From NCBI GenBank assembly GCA_043228905.1, contig JBHGNT010000009.1, positions 20,646,001-20,710,000 of the forward strand: 64,000 bases of DNA, read 5' to 3'. The position numbers were made by a program, and so were the translations under genes. Of this stretch, positions 24,427-36,949 are shown one piece after another. Position 1 is the stretch's first letter, and every line of letters starts with the position of its first letter. The notes beneath the pieces are model-generated. The model did not search any database. It saw only the letters and a program-made list of their open reading frames with translations, and was not told the DNA's origin. The stretch is from Azolla caroliniana. Its lineage: Eukaryota; Plantae; Polypodiophyta.

Positions 24427-26567
24427 AACAAGCGGCAGAGGAATAAGAAGATGAGGGGGTCGGATCTCGCGGAAGCCATGGCTTCGGCTGTGGATTGGAT
24501 AGTGAGTGCGCACGAAGGTGCAGGAGCCCTCGATAGGGCTATTGAAGTGGTCGTTGACACGATAGGCCGTTTCGGTGGGAAAGACGCCACGAGCTATTTG
24601 GAGGCCTACCGGGCTGAGATGGTAATGAGAGACATTCCGGAAGAAAGGCGACTGACCGAATTCCCTTGGGTGGTGATGCCGGGAATCTATGCGGAGGTGC
24701 TCGAGGTACGAGCTGAGAGCCGGACCTGGGAAGAGTTTGAAGGTCGGCTCCTCGAAAAAAACGGGCTTGATGACGCGCTTCGGCTCTCGAAGCGGGACTT
24801 CATGGAATGGGTAGAGACCCCCGAAAAAGGGAGAAACGCGTCGGTGCTCCTCCGGGAGTTTGAAGAACGCTTTGCGTGTCTTTCGGCGCTCGATTGGACC
24901 GTACTAGACACAAGTCGCATCTTGTTGTTCGTTAAGTCGGTGGATGTGAGGGACCAAGAGCAAGTGGGCCTCCTGCTGGAGACTGATGACGGGCTGACGA
25001 CCAACTGGGCCGTGGTGAAGAGAGTCTGTGGCCGTTTCGACAAACGGTGAGAGTGGGTCGATAAAGGATCAACAGGGGTGGGCTCTGTAGCAGCAAGGAA
25101 ACTCGAGCCAACCCCGCCAACACAAAGGGAAGAGACCCGAGACTGGCTCGAGACCGGATCGACTTCGACCGGCATGGTCAAAGGCTCGTCCGGAGGAGCA
25201 ACTCTAGAGGAGCTGACTAGGATGGTAAAGGACCTCCAGATTGCACAGGCACGGAGGGACGACGACGAATAGGCCCGTGACCGAAAGCCTCTGGCTGGAA
25301 ACCGGTGTTTGTGGTGCGACGCGGTTGGCCACGTCCGGAAGGACTGGGGGGACTTCGCCGAGGCAATGAGAGCCAACGTGGTGTACCTATGGAACGGTCG
25401 GGTGCATGCTAGCAAGACCCGAAGGGCCCTGGACTTGAATGTCGGATGAGGGGGTATGAAACGGCTGATGGAAGAAGTGGCGGCACGCCATGTGGAAACT
25501 GTCCACTACTTGGCGTCGGCTGGGATTCGGGTCGGAGGTAGTGAGGCTCGGAAGACGAACGAAGCCGGATTCTGGTCGCTGATGCTGGAAGGCCTCGCCG
25601 GCGCATGGTTAAGGAAAGAAGAAGCGGACCTCGTGGAAGAACGGGTCCGGGAGGTAACCGGGTGGAGCGACCCGGTCGAAGAGAAGACGGGCTTCGTTGA
25701 AGCCGCATGCCAGAACTACGAGGCTCTGGTGGAAGACAAGCAAGTAGGTAAAACCGGAGGGGCTGGGCCCTCGCAACGGTACGAGACCCGATTCGGTCAA
25801 AGGCATAATGAGGCTGGTGCGACCGGCGCACCGGATAAAGCCAAGAAGGCTGGGTACTGGTTGAGCATGGAAATCGAAAGGACCACGGACCTACGAAAGG
25901 TCCTAGAGGAACGTAACCTCGACAACAAAGTGGAACTGTCGCTGAGGGAAGTGCTCGGGATCGCCAAGAAGGAGTTCCACGACTCCATCGTAGACTTGGT
26001 GAAGAAGAAGTGGCTGTCGATAGAGCCAGAGCCGGAGAAGCCGGTGGAAGTGCGAATGACGCACATAGAGGACATGGTGCTAGAAGACGAGTTGGCGGAG
26101 AGCCACTATTCGAGGCCGCACTAGGCCAGAGCGACCACGGAGACCCCTGTTAAGATCAGGGATGTCCAGGAGCTAGTGGTGGCGTTGGTGGACCACGGTT
26201 CAGAAATCAACTTGATGTCCATGGACTTCTACAAAAAGGGGAAATGGCCAATCAACACCAAACACGGCTGGAAAATACGGGCAACGACGCGTGCCACGGA
26301 AGAACTACATGGAGCCTGCCCAAACGTATGGGTGAAAATCAGCGATGTCGAGATCGACCAACACTTCTTCGTGTAGGAGACGTCCTCACATCCGGTTATA
26401 CTAGGAGAACCATACATCACGGCGGCACGGATGGAGACCAAGGTGCTGGACAACGGTTCGGCCTACGCAAGAGTCAAGAGCCAGGACGGGCGTCACTCGA
26501 TCCAGTTCCTGACGGTGCGACCAAACCATGAGCGTAACTGCGAGACCCTCGGTGGCGAAACCCGAGG

Positions 26568-26633
26568 GGATTTTTAGAGAGGGCTATCAAGGCGTGGGGC
26601 CGCGATAGTCCGGACACCCCGGAAAACCCCCAC
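26568..26633 (+). promoter_or_regulatory. Predicted programmed -1 ribosomal frameshift signal (slippery site plus H-type pseudoknot)
   Basis: G GAT TTT TAG ends the gag-PR frame, and the -1 frame is open into the pol region. Stem 1 pairs 26581-26588 with 26604-26611; stem 2 pairs 26594-26599 with 26628-26633. Confidence 0.7.
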
Positions 26634-28909
26634 AAATGTACAGTACGGAAGAAGACCTGTACCATAGGTAGGAAATTTTGGTTCTCCAACAACGGAGGTT
26701 GTACTATGGCCGGCGTCAACGGCCGGGAAAGGAAGCGAGCGGAGGAGCGGCTCAGGGGACACGGAGTCCTCTCCCCTGACGAAGAGATCAGCGGTGCCGT
26801 GGAGGTGGTCTCTTTTGAAGACACCTTGGGCGAGTTGCGAAAGGTGATCGGTGAAGACCTTAGAGAAGATCGGACTGTTCCGGTAGGTTCGATGGGAATG
26901 TACGAAGTCATCGCGGACTTCGGGGAAAGGATCGGGTCGGATCGGATGGCCCGCGTGAGTACAAAGTACAAGACTGTGGACCGGACGGTAAGGCCGGTCG
27001 CGGCACCCTTGCCAGAGGGCAGCGAGGAACGGATAAAAGGGGTCGCGTCGGACCCAAGTTTTTTGGAATCCGGCTGTCATAGGGAACCGGTTCACCGACA
27101 TAACGCTACGAGAGCTCAAGATCGTTGGGGGTGGCTTTCTACTGCCGGTGGAAGAGGACCGGTTTCGGAGAATGCTCAGGAGGCACGGGTGCGTAGACCC
27201 GACAGCTGTGGAACCGATGGTGATCTTCACGGTACCGCATGTGCCGTGGAACCTCAAACCGATTCCGGTGCCGGGAGCTCACATCCCGAAGTTGATGGAG
27301 CTTCTGAAGCAAAAGGTGGAGATGAGCATCCTCGAACCGTCGAGTGCCCCATATTTGAATCAGTGGTTTATGGTGCCAAAGAAGAATGGCACGCTGCGCT
27401 TCATTCAGGACATGCAACTGGTCAACAAGGTGACCATTCGGAACGCAGGAATTAGACCGACCATAGACGAGTTTGCGGAGGCCTTCGCCGGAAGGTCGAT
27501 ATACTCTGTCGGTGATCTGTACTCGGGGTACGATCAATTCCAACTAGCTGTGGAGAGCAGAGACATTACGACGATGCAGACTCCTCTTGGCCTAGTACGG
27601 ATGTGTACCCTACCACAAGGCGGGACGAATTCGGTGGCACATATGGTGAACACAATGAACAAGGTGCTGAGGGACTGCATCCCGAAAATCACCATGCCAT
27701 TCTTGGACGACATCCCAATAAAGGGGTGTTCGGTGGGAGATGCGGACGAGACTGTCGGGCCGAACGGATGCCTGAGGTTCGTCGTGAACCACATCAACGA
27801 CTGCGAGAAGGTGCTGCAGAGGCTCGAGAGCGCGCGACTCACCTTCTCCGGAGAAAAATCGGCGTTCGGGCAGTCAGAGATCTTGGTGGTCGGACACCTG
27901 TGCGGGCCTTACGGTGGTAAACCGTCTCCGGCAAAGGTAGAAGCCATCTCCGCAATGAAGGACGACTGCGGGTCAGTTACGGAGGTCCGCATATTCTTGG
28001 GGGCGTGCGCGTTCTACCACATCTGGATTCTGCACTACGCGCATGTTGCGGAGCTGCTCTACAGGCTATTGAAGAAAGGGCGTAGGTTCGAGTGGAGGAT
28101 GGAGCACACGGAGTCGGTCTGGAGACTAAAGAAGGCGCTTATGGTAGCACCAGCTCTCCATAAAGCGGCTTACGGCAAGGGCGTTCCCATCTACGTGACG
28201 GTGGACACGAGCCCGAGGTGATCAACCAAGAGGATGACGTCGGCACAAGGTTCCCCATCTGGTTCGGTGTGAAGGTCCTCAGTGAGCGATAGCGAGGATA
28301 CGCCCAGGTTAAACGCGAACTCTAGGGTATTGTTTTGGCGGTGAAGACCAATAAAGACTACTTGATCGGGACAGAGGTAATAATCGAGACGGACTGCCTA
28401 CTGATTCTCGGCATGGTTTCTGGATGCGCGAAGCCGGACCTGACAATGCTCAAGTGGATAGCGTACATCAAGTCCTTGAATTTGGAGATGCGACACATTT
28501 CCGGAAAAGACAATGCCATGGCTGACATGCTCTCAAGGGCGAGGTTCGAAAACGAAGATGACATGGTTTCGGAGGACGAGGAAGTCGGCGTAGATTTCTT
28601 CGAGGCGGCATACGTGACAACCAGAAAGGGGAGCACTTCGGCGCTCAACGAATTCGACGAGAGCAAGTATGACGGGGAGTGACTCCAGATCGATGGGCTC
28701 CTAAAAACAATGACACCGGATGCGGCGTGGACAAAGGAAGAGACCAACCGGATCCGGAAGAAAGCGTACCGATTCTTCCTCCAGGGCGGGTACATATGGA
28801 AGCACCCGAAGAAGAGGGACGACATCCCACTCCGAGTGGTGGCGAAGAAGGAGGAACAGGAGGAGTTGTTGGAGGCCTACCATGAGAGTCCCTGGGCCGG
28901 GCACCGCGG

Positions 28910-31200
28910 TGTCGTAGTGTAATTCGCACACTACGTGAAAAATTACATTTTTGGTTTCTCCGGATAGGATATGGAGTACCCAGTGAGAATCGGAAGGAAG
29001 AACCGGTGAGGACCGAAACCGGTAAGGAGACAGGCAAGAGCCGGATGAATAAGGCCGGTGAGAGTCGGTGAGAAACAGACAAAGAGGACCGGTAAGAAGG
29101 ATCCGGTAAGAACCGGATAAAGAAAACCAGTGAGAACCGGATGAAGTAGAACCGGCAAGAGCCGGATGAAGAAGGCTGGTGAGAGTCTCTCACTAGATGA
29201 AGAGACATATTTGTAAATAGAAGAAAGTATAAAATTATATATTACATGCATAGGGCAAGAATCGAACCTTGCACCTCCATGTTAATAGAAGAAAGTTTAG
29301 CTATGAAAGAAGTATGCGAGTCACAATCCGAAGTTCGAAGGTTTCTTGGAGCATGTGCATTCTACCACATATGGATTCCGCATATAGCGGACCCACTCTA
29401 TCACTTGTTGCGGAAGGGTAAGAAGTTTGAATGGAAACCGGAGCATACTAAAGCCATGAAGAAGCTCAAGAAATCACTACGGAGGGCAGAAGCACTAAAG
29501 AAGCCGAACTATGACCAACCGATCATAGTAACGGTTGACACAAGTCCAACCGGAATCGGATGGGTCATCAATCAAGCCGATCCGGAAGGTTCGCGATATC
29601 CGATCCGATTTGGAGCAAAGGTTCTCAACAAAAGGCAACGCGGATATGCACAAGTTAAAAGAGAATTATGGGGAGTCGTGTCGGCAATCAAATCGGATCG
29701 AGATTATTTGATCGGAGACGAAGTAGTGATCGAAACGGATTGTCTTCCGATACTCGGGATGATGTGGTGTTGCACAATACCGGATGTGGCTATGCTAAGA
29801 TGGATTGCATATGTTAAGTCACTTAATCCGGAGGTAAGACACATCTCCGGAAAAGACAACGCTGTAGCGGATATGCTATCAAGGGCGCGGTTTGGAGATG
29901 ACATAACCGAATCCGATAATGAAGAAGTTTCCAAAGACTACTTTGCTTCGGAGCACATATGCCGGGTGGACGTAATCCAAGAATTCCGGGAAGAAGAATA
30001 CGAGGGAGAAAGCTTGTTGATCGGGAAAATGCTACGAGAAATCGAGGAATCATCGGACAATAAAGAGAAGAGAGCCAAGATCCAAAGTAAAAAACGGCAA
30101 GTCCGAAAGTTCTTCTTGAAAAGTGGATTACTATGGAGGGAGCCGAAAAGACCGGATGGCATACCACTTCGAGTAGTCGGGACGAAAGAGCAACGAAACC
30201 GGATAATGTCCGAATTTCACGAATCCGATTGGGTTGGACATCGAGGAACATGGGCAACTTTTGTGAAAATCAAACAAAAATATTGGTGGAAGAACATGTA
30301 CAAAGATATAGCGGAGTTCACGGAAAGCTGCGAGAAGTGTCAAATCTACTCCGGAGTTCAACACCGAGATGAGTTACATCCGACATTCTCACAGACAATC
30401 AACTTCAAATGGATGGTCGATATTGTAACCATGCCAACCGGGATCGGACAAAAGAAGTACTTGGTGTTAGCTCGGGAAGATCTCACAAACCAAGTAGAAG
30501 GTCGAGTGCTACGGAGGAAAACGTGTTCTACGGTATGCCAATTCCTTTTGGAAGAAGTGTTTTGCAGGTACGGGTGCGTAGGACAAGTGATTGCGGATCA
30601 GGGAGAACTCGACTCTATTAAAGCTAAGGAATTCTTCACTAAACATGGAGTTCGGTTAACACTGACAACGACATACAATCTGGAAGCCAACAGGAAGATC
30701 GAACGAGGACATAGTCCGATTGTCAAAGCACTTGCGAAGGCATGCGCTGGAAGGGTGAAGGATTGGCCGCAGATGCTTCCGTATGCACTATGGGTGGATC
30801 GAACGTTGCATAGCTCCGTAACCGGTTACATGCCGGCAGAACTTATGACCGGATAAGCACCGGTAATGCCGATGGAAACCGCAATCGCGACATGGACAAT
30901 GCTACCATGGAAGGAAGAGATGAGCCAGGAAGAACTACTAGCAGTCCGGATACGACAACTGGAGGGAAGACCGGAAGACATAGCGGAAGCAATACGCCGA
31001 CAACAAGAAGCGCGATTCCGGAATAAAGGCCGGTTCGACACAAAGCACCAACTACGACCGCGGAAGATTGAAGAAGGAGATTGGGTGATTGTCTACGACA
31101 GTAGTTTGGATCATCAACATACAACGATGCGGAAGTTCGCGAAAAGGTGGTTCGGGCCATATGAGGTTTGGAAAGTTTTCGATAACGGAACTTACCGACT
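28910..31200 (+). mobile_element. Second gypsy element of the same clade: partial LTR (28910-~29290) joined to RNaseH-integrase; both ends deleted
   Basis: TGTCG start with CCGG-rich repeats. ORF 29246-30856 has TVDTSPTGIG, the HHCC zinc finger (GHRG...CEKCQ) and the DDE core (MVDIV, IADQGE, KIERGH). RWFGPYEV follows at ~31150. The RNase H is clearly homologous to that of the 23701 element. Confidence 0.82.
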
Positions 31201-32319
31201 ATACACAATATATACTTCAGAAATTATTCAGGCCATACCTCCCTTCATAGGGTATTGTTTCACCCCAATCCGCATCAAAGTCTATGAAGGTCTTGGACCA
31301 ACTAGCCATCTGTACAAAACATATGCCATCTTCAAAAACCACCAATGGATCTAAGATCATATTTGGACATCTAAAAATAACTTAGAATTACTACTAATTG
31401 TATCAATCTTACTTTATAAGACATCCCAAACTAGCTGGAATGGTTTTTATAAATCAAATTGATGCAAAAGATTGACCCCTTCATTTGTAAGGATAATAGT
31501 CACATCACTTTCATTGCTTCCAATTGTTCAGCTTTTCAAATTAAGAATGCAACCAAATGTAGAGACAAGAAGAATTTATAAAGGGGCTTCAGGACCGTGA
31601 TTATGCTATGCCCATAGAGAAGCTCATTGTAGTTGCTTTAGTGGACAACTTAAACACTTAACCTATCATACTTCAAACTATGCAAGAGAACAATTACATG
31701 ACTATGCCATGCTCATAGAGAAGCTCATCATCATATTTTACGGACAATCTAAACGCTTCAGATTATGTGAGAGAACAATTTCATCATGATCCTATTCTTC
31801 ACCATATTATGATATTGAGGAGTTTATGGACTATTAAATAGACTCTATGTTTTGTTTAGGTTTTTTCTTATTACCTAAGTTTATCAAGAGTATGTCACCA
31901 ACTTGAGAAGGAAGTATTGCAACATGGCCAAAACTGGAGAAGACTATTTTTGTCTGGGTTGATTGAATACAAAATGGAGTAGGATACACCATAAGAACAT
32001 TATTGTTATCTCATGGAGGATTTTAAGTAACATAAATGCTGTCACATTAGCATGCATAGCCTTCTAAGTAGTTCCTCATTCATAAAAAAACCAAGTACAT
32101 AGAAACGTTGTGAATTAGCTTAAAGGCTAGAAAGACTTGTTTAGGATAGATATCATATCATTTTTTTTCTCCAACAATTCCAAGAGAAAAATACATGGGC
32201 ATGTCATCTTCAGTAAATAGGATGAGATTTCTGAGCTTCACAAATTGAACACACAAATCTTAAGCATTTCATAAATAGACAAGAAATATGATACATACCA
32301 GCAGGTGGTGCGCCTCGCT

Positions 32320-32348
32320 CCTAAACCCTAAACCCTAAACCCTAAACC
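32320..32348. repeat. Interstitial plant telomeric repeat / telo-box cluster, about 4 copies of CCCTAAA
   Basis: cctaaaccctaaaccctaaaccctaaacc. Confidence 0.8.
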
Positions 32349-32511
32349 TCTGGCTACCTGTTTGTAAACAGGCAAAAATGATAGGTATGGGTTTTTATAC
32401 TCAATCCCATTCATAGAGTCGGGCTCCCCAAAAATTGGACTTTTGACGGCCTGCTTTTTCGCGCTTTTTCTTCATCCAGATTGGACGGTGTAGATCGCAC
32501 ACGCCCTCATT

Positions 32512-32913
32512 TGTTGGGAGACAGGTCCCTCCGGATGGGAAGGGAGAAGAACAGTGCCGATAAACAAACTCGGCCGAGGCCGAAACCGTATGAGGTGGAC
32601 CCGGCTACGGAGAGCCGGATGATACAGACCCGGTGAAGACCGGATGAGGAGTACCCGGCTACGGAGAGCCGGATGATACAGACCCGGTGATTACCGGATG
32701 AGGAGTACCCGGTTACGGAGAACCGGATGGTACAGACCCGGTGAGAACCGGACGAAGAGACATATTCGTAAATATGTTTCTGAGCGCCCATCAAGGCTAT
32801 ATTTGTAAATAGCCTAAAAGTCATATTAGTATAAATATGACTTAGGGCAAACTTTTATAGTGTCGTTGTCATTTTCTTGTTGGTGCAAGAAGAAGAGTGA
32901 GCACGTAACAGTG

Positions 32914-32950
<37 letters not shown>

Positions 32951-33221
32951 GTCGCTGGCTCTATTGTAACTGCCGCCTGTGGCGAAGATCGTGAGCACGA
33001 GGTCGTTGCCTCCGTGAACTCACTGTTTTGTACATTCCAACATAGTGGTAGTTTGTGGCCTGTGGGCTGCCATGGTTTTTTTCCCTCTTTGGGTTTTCCA
33101 CGTAAACCTCCTGTGTATCCTCTTCTTCTTTGTGTCGCGTTTTATTTCCTGTTTTTCTGTGTATGAAAAGAAGCTCGGTTGTGGCCGAGCGTCATGGATA
33201 AGGAGCGTTGAGTTCCTGTCA
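32512..33221 (+). mobile_element. Solo LTR inserted into the right TIR of the MULE
   Basis: TG...CA-bounded block with 54-bp CCGG-rich tandem repeats, a TATA (gtataaata), (AG)n and a U5-like gggttttccacgtaaa. MULE TIR sequence continues on both sides; the TSD is degenerate. Confidence 0.65.
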
Positions 33222-33628
33222 ATCTAGCGACCTGCACCGTCCCTCTCCGCGATTCCCTCACTTGCCCTCATAAATATTTGGTGGTAGTTAGACACCACGA
33301 TACATATACATACATACATTATGCATACATACATTATACATACGTACATACATACATACTACAAACATATATACATATGGATGATGTGTCAACGACGTCA
33401 TTATGCTCTCTGAGTCCTGTAGTATGCTCATGCTAGTATTGCTTCCTCCCTAGAATAAGAATTGGTATGGATCGTGCACATATGGATGCAGATTGGAGAT
33501 CCCATGCCCCACACTTTCAATGTCGTGATTGTGCACAAATGGTGCAATCTCTTCATTGAGAACTTGATACCCATGGCGACATGCAAATATCTATGGTACA
33601 CTTCTAGTGCTTTTGAAAGAGTCACGAC

Positions 33629-35560
33629 CAGTGTTGCCTTTTGACGGTCGTTTTTGGCAAATTTAACCGTATATGAAGGTTAATTTAAAAATGAAACCGT
33701 CAATCTTGACAGGCATATATTTTACAAAAACGTAAAAATGAAGGTTTAAATTTTGTTAATACCGTCAAATTTTGCTAAGGCCAAAACAATAGTACATGTA
33801 CTAGTAGTTACAAATTACAATTCATAAGCTATAACATATAGTATAGGGCCTAGGCTATCGCTACATACCAAGAATTATGTGATTTGGTTGTGCTACTAGA
33901 GGTGCCTAATATGCCTAAGTAACATAATTATATATCTTATACTAGTAGATATGGAGGATATGAATTTTTGGTTGCCTTTGGGAAATATCTTCTAGAAATT
34001 AAAAGCTCAAACCTAATAAATTCCCCATACTACTCTTTGATGCTAGATGAAAGTACTGACAATGGGTTAGAGTTGCACCTCATTGTATATATTACATACT
34101 TGCAATGTGGTGGTTGTGGGCCTAAGAAAATTGAATAAATGGGTTTGTTGAAAATTCCCAATGGTAAAGGTTGAACTATATATGAACATATATTAAACAT
34201 ATTAGGCGATCGATACATCAACATGAACAAGTTGATTAGATTAGCAATTGATGGTGTGTCATCAATGATTGGTAGTGAAATTGGAACAGTAACATTAATG
34301 AAAAATGATAACCCAAATTTGGTTGGTGTACATTGTATTGCTCATTGAGAAGCATTGGTTATTTTAGATGTACATAGAGATACCCGTGAGCTCATTCTTG
34401 TAGAAAAAATTGCAAATAAGGCATATGCATGGGCTAACAATAGTACCAAACACATGAAATTTTAGAGCTCTTGGAGCAAATGCAATTGGATGCTCATAGA
34501 CCCTTACAAATTCATAATATTCGTTGGTTGTCATGTGGTCAAGTCATGGAAAGACTAGTGAGTATAATGCTTGCAATACTTACTATTTGGAAGAAAGAGA
34601 ACTTAAAAGAGTGGTATAATAAAGCTTGTATCTATAGTGTACAATTTTGCTTTTGTATGATGGCTGATGTGTTGCATTTGATGAATATTTTGAGTTTGAA
34701 ACTTCAAAAAGAGAATTTGGATGTAACTTCAATTGGTGTAGAAATTGATATTACTATTTCTAATTTGTGGAGGTTTTTTCTTGAGAAATGACACATTTGC
34801 GGATGGAGCAATGTATTTATCCAAATTCTTAAGATGTTCTAAAGTTGGGTTTTTGGAAATAAAGGATTAAGATGGCATTACATATAGACATGAACTATAC
34901 TTCAAACAAATTCCCATGGATAAAGCAAGTCACAATGATAAGAATCTCAATATTGAAAAATCTAAGGGAATGACACCATTTATAGACGGATCACTTGAAA
35001 GTTGTATTAAACTATCTCAAATTATGTGCAAAAGATTATTGATGGACTAAATGCAACGTTCCCTATTTAAGCTTAAGCCTCTTCAATGCAACAAAATTAT
35101 TCAGCCCATGCCATTATGCAGAGGATGATGTGATTAGGGATAGTAAAGCAAAGACATGGTTGGGAATTTTGATTTCTCACTTACAACCAAATATTGATGT
35201 CAATGCATGTCTTCAAATTTTACATGATGCAATGGCTTGTGAAATGGAACTCTTTAGGTTTGTTGACACTTTACGTTTAAATTGTGAAGGCTTTACTATG
35301 TGTGAAACTTGCCGTATGTTTTGCAAAATGAAGGATTGGCAAGTTAGTTTCCCTCATTTGATGAAATTATGGCACGCTACTTTGGTTATTCCATCTAGCA
35401 CGGTTTGTGTGAGAGAGAGTTCTCTAAGCAAAATCTCATCAAAGAGATGAAAAGAAATCGATTGAATATAGAACATTTAGATTATTTAATGTGAGTCTCA
35501 TTGAATGGGCCACACATTGAAGAAATACAATGGGATTGTGTATATGAATTTTGGACCCTT
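33629..35560 (+). mobile_element. Degraded hAT-superfamily (ZNF862-like) transposase remnant
   Basis: YYSLMLDESTD...HLIVYI (~34028), LAIDGVSSMIG, VHCIAH*EAL, IHNIRWLS and FPHLMKLW...VIPSSTVC(ER) of the dimerization domain. A CAGTGTTGCC hAT-like end sits at 33629. Confidence 0.75.
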
Positions 35561-35830
35561 GAAAGTATGAACCATTTCCAACCAAATACTTTTTACCAAT
35601 TCAGTTGGTGAGGCTCTAACTTGAAGAAAAACGAGAGAGCATTGAACCTTCCAAATGTAATATGTGGTAGTACTACTCAATATCTCCCATAATGGTTGCA
35701 CCTCCTTCCTTATCTCAAAAAACGGCATAGACACTAATGGAAGTACATGAGCACTTCCAAAGTTAGTGTGAAAACCATGGTCCATAATTTTGGCATCGTA
35801 ATGGAAAATAGATCACCGCATCCATAGGTT
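35555..35830 (-). mobile_element. L1-type LINE ORF2 3' fragment
   Basis: LWEILSSTTTYYIWKVQCSLVF resembles the LINE C-terminal segment seen at 47940-48060. Confidence 0.45.
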
Positions 35831-36949
35831 AGTTGTTTCTATGTCTTCTTCTTCTTCTTCTTCATTGATTGAATAGTTTGGCTTGTAGCCGAGTCTATGT
35901 GTGACAAAAGTTAGGAGCTCCTCCTGCATTCATTCCTAGTTTGGCATTTTGATGGTAAAAAAGTAGACTAGCATCGATGTGGAATGCTTCTATGGTTTCC
36001 CAAAAGAGAGGGGATGAATGATGTTAGATTATGATTTCACAACTTTGAATGGGAGTGTACAACAACTTGTGTCAAAATATTAATAAGAACTACACAAATT
36101 CTTATGAGACTTGAATAAAAAATGTCATTCAAAATATATGCATTATAATGTTCTCATTTTTGGGAAATCAATTGGTGCAAAATGGCAACTCCTTTGTCTT
36201 AGTAATATTGATTTCACTTTGTAGAGAGCCAAAATAACAAGTATTTTCGATGCACTTTTTGTACTCAAGAGTGACAATCTCTGGTGAGTATAGGAGAACA
36301 TATGAAATTGGTTAAAGAGAAGAGAGTAAGAAGAGAAACCCAAATTGGAAAATGATCATGCTTCCTGCTTATGGAAAATGCCAATTCTCACCATGACATC
36401 ACAAGAACCCTCAATCTTAGCACACTCGTGCGCTCTTTGGAATCTTCTTGAGCTTTCTAAGTGACATGTGGTGAAGATTGTAGAATGCATGCATACTGAT
36501 GAAAATGTTGTATTGCCAAATGTTGTTTTCAATCTATATTAATATATTAGATTTGGTTATAGTTTTGATGTATATTGGGCAACATACTGACATGTAGGTA
36601 TTTCAAAATTGTGCATCATCATCATACTTACATAGGTGAGTAGAAGGGTTCAACATTTAATAGAAGCTAGTCAAGTACGTTTAAAACGTTATTAAATGTT
36701 ATAAGTTTTTCACATTTCATCATGCACATTGTATCGCTCAACTAAGAGATCATGACGATAGGACATGTATCCTCACATACTTAATATTAAGTAAATTTTA
36801 TAGGAATCTTCAATGGCGATTGTGATAGTTTTTGAAGATACATGACATAATGGTGCAAGAGGGTCTATTTGATTAGAGCTAGTAGCTGGAGCCTAACTTT
36901 AGCTGCTCGAGGACACACGATATAAAAGACTCACGAATAAAAATCGCAT

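Larger units (their letters stand above)
23701..28909 (+). mobile_element. Ty3/gypsy LTR retrotransposon (5' LTR 23701-24405, gag-PR, RT-RNaseH, start of integrase); 3' part lost
   Basis: The LTR has TGTCG...CGACA termini and a TATA-like ctataaaag. The gag knuckle reads CLWCDAVGH and the protease LVDHGSEINLM. RT motifs are DLYSGYDQF, LPQGGTNSV and PFLDDIPIKG; RNase H is TVDTSP. It is cut at integrase WAGHRG. Confidence 0.88.
18833..33299 (-). mobile_element. Mutator-like DNA transposon (MULE), ~14.5 kb including nested insertions
   Basis: TIR 18841-18905 is the near-exact reverse complement of 33227-33291. The TIR similarity continues as ~18915-18960 versus ~32455-32510. The flanking 10-bp direct repeat atacatatac lies at 18823-18832 and 33300-33309, though within a microsatellite. 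Subterminal ggagcccgact repeats and an internal MULE transposase are present. Confidence 0.85.

Noticed and set aside
28910-33221. 28910 and 32512 LTRs as the 5'/3' pair of one element
   Set aside because: They share CCGG-rich style and a short gaagagacatatt.gtaaata block but have different termini. The 32512 LTR is flanked on both sides by MULE TIR sequence.
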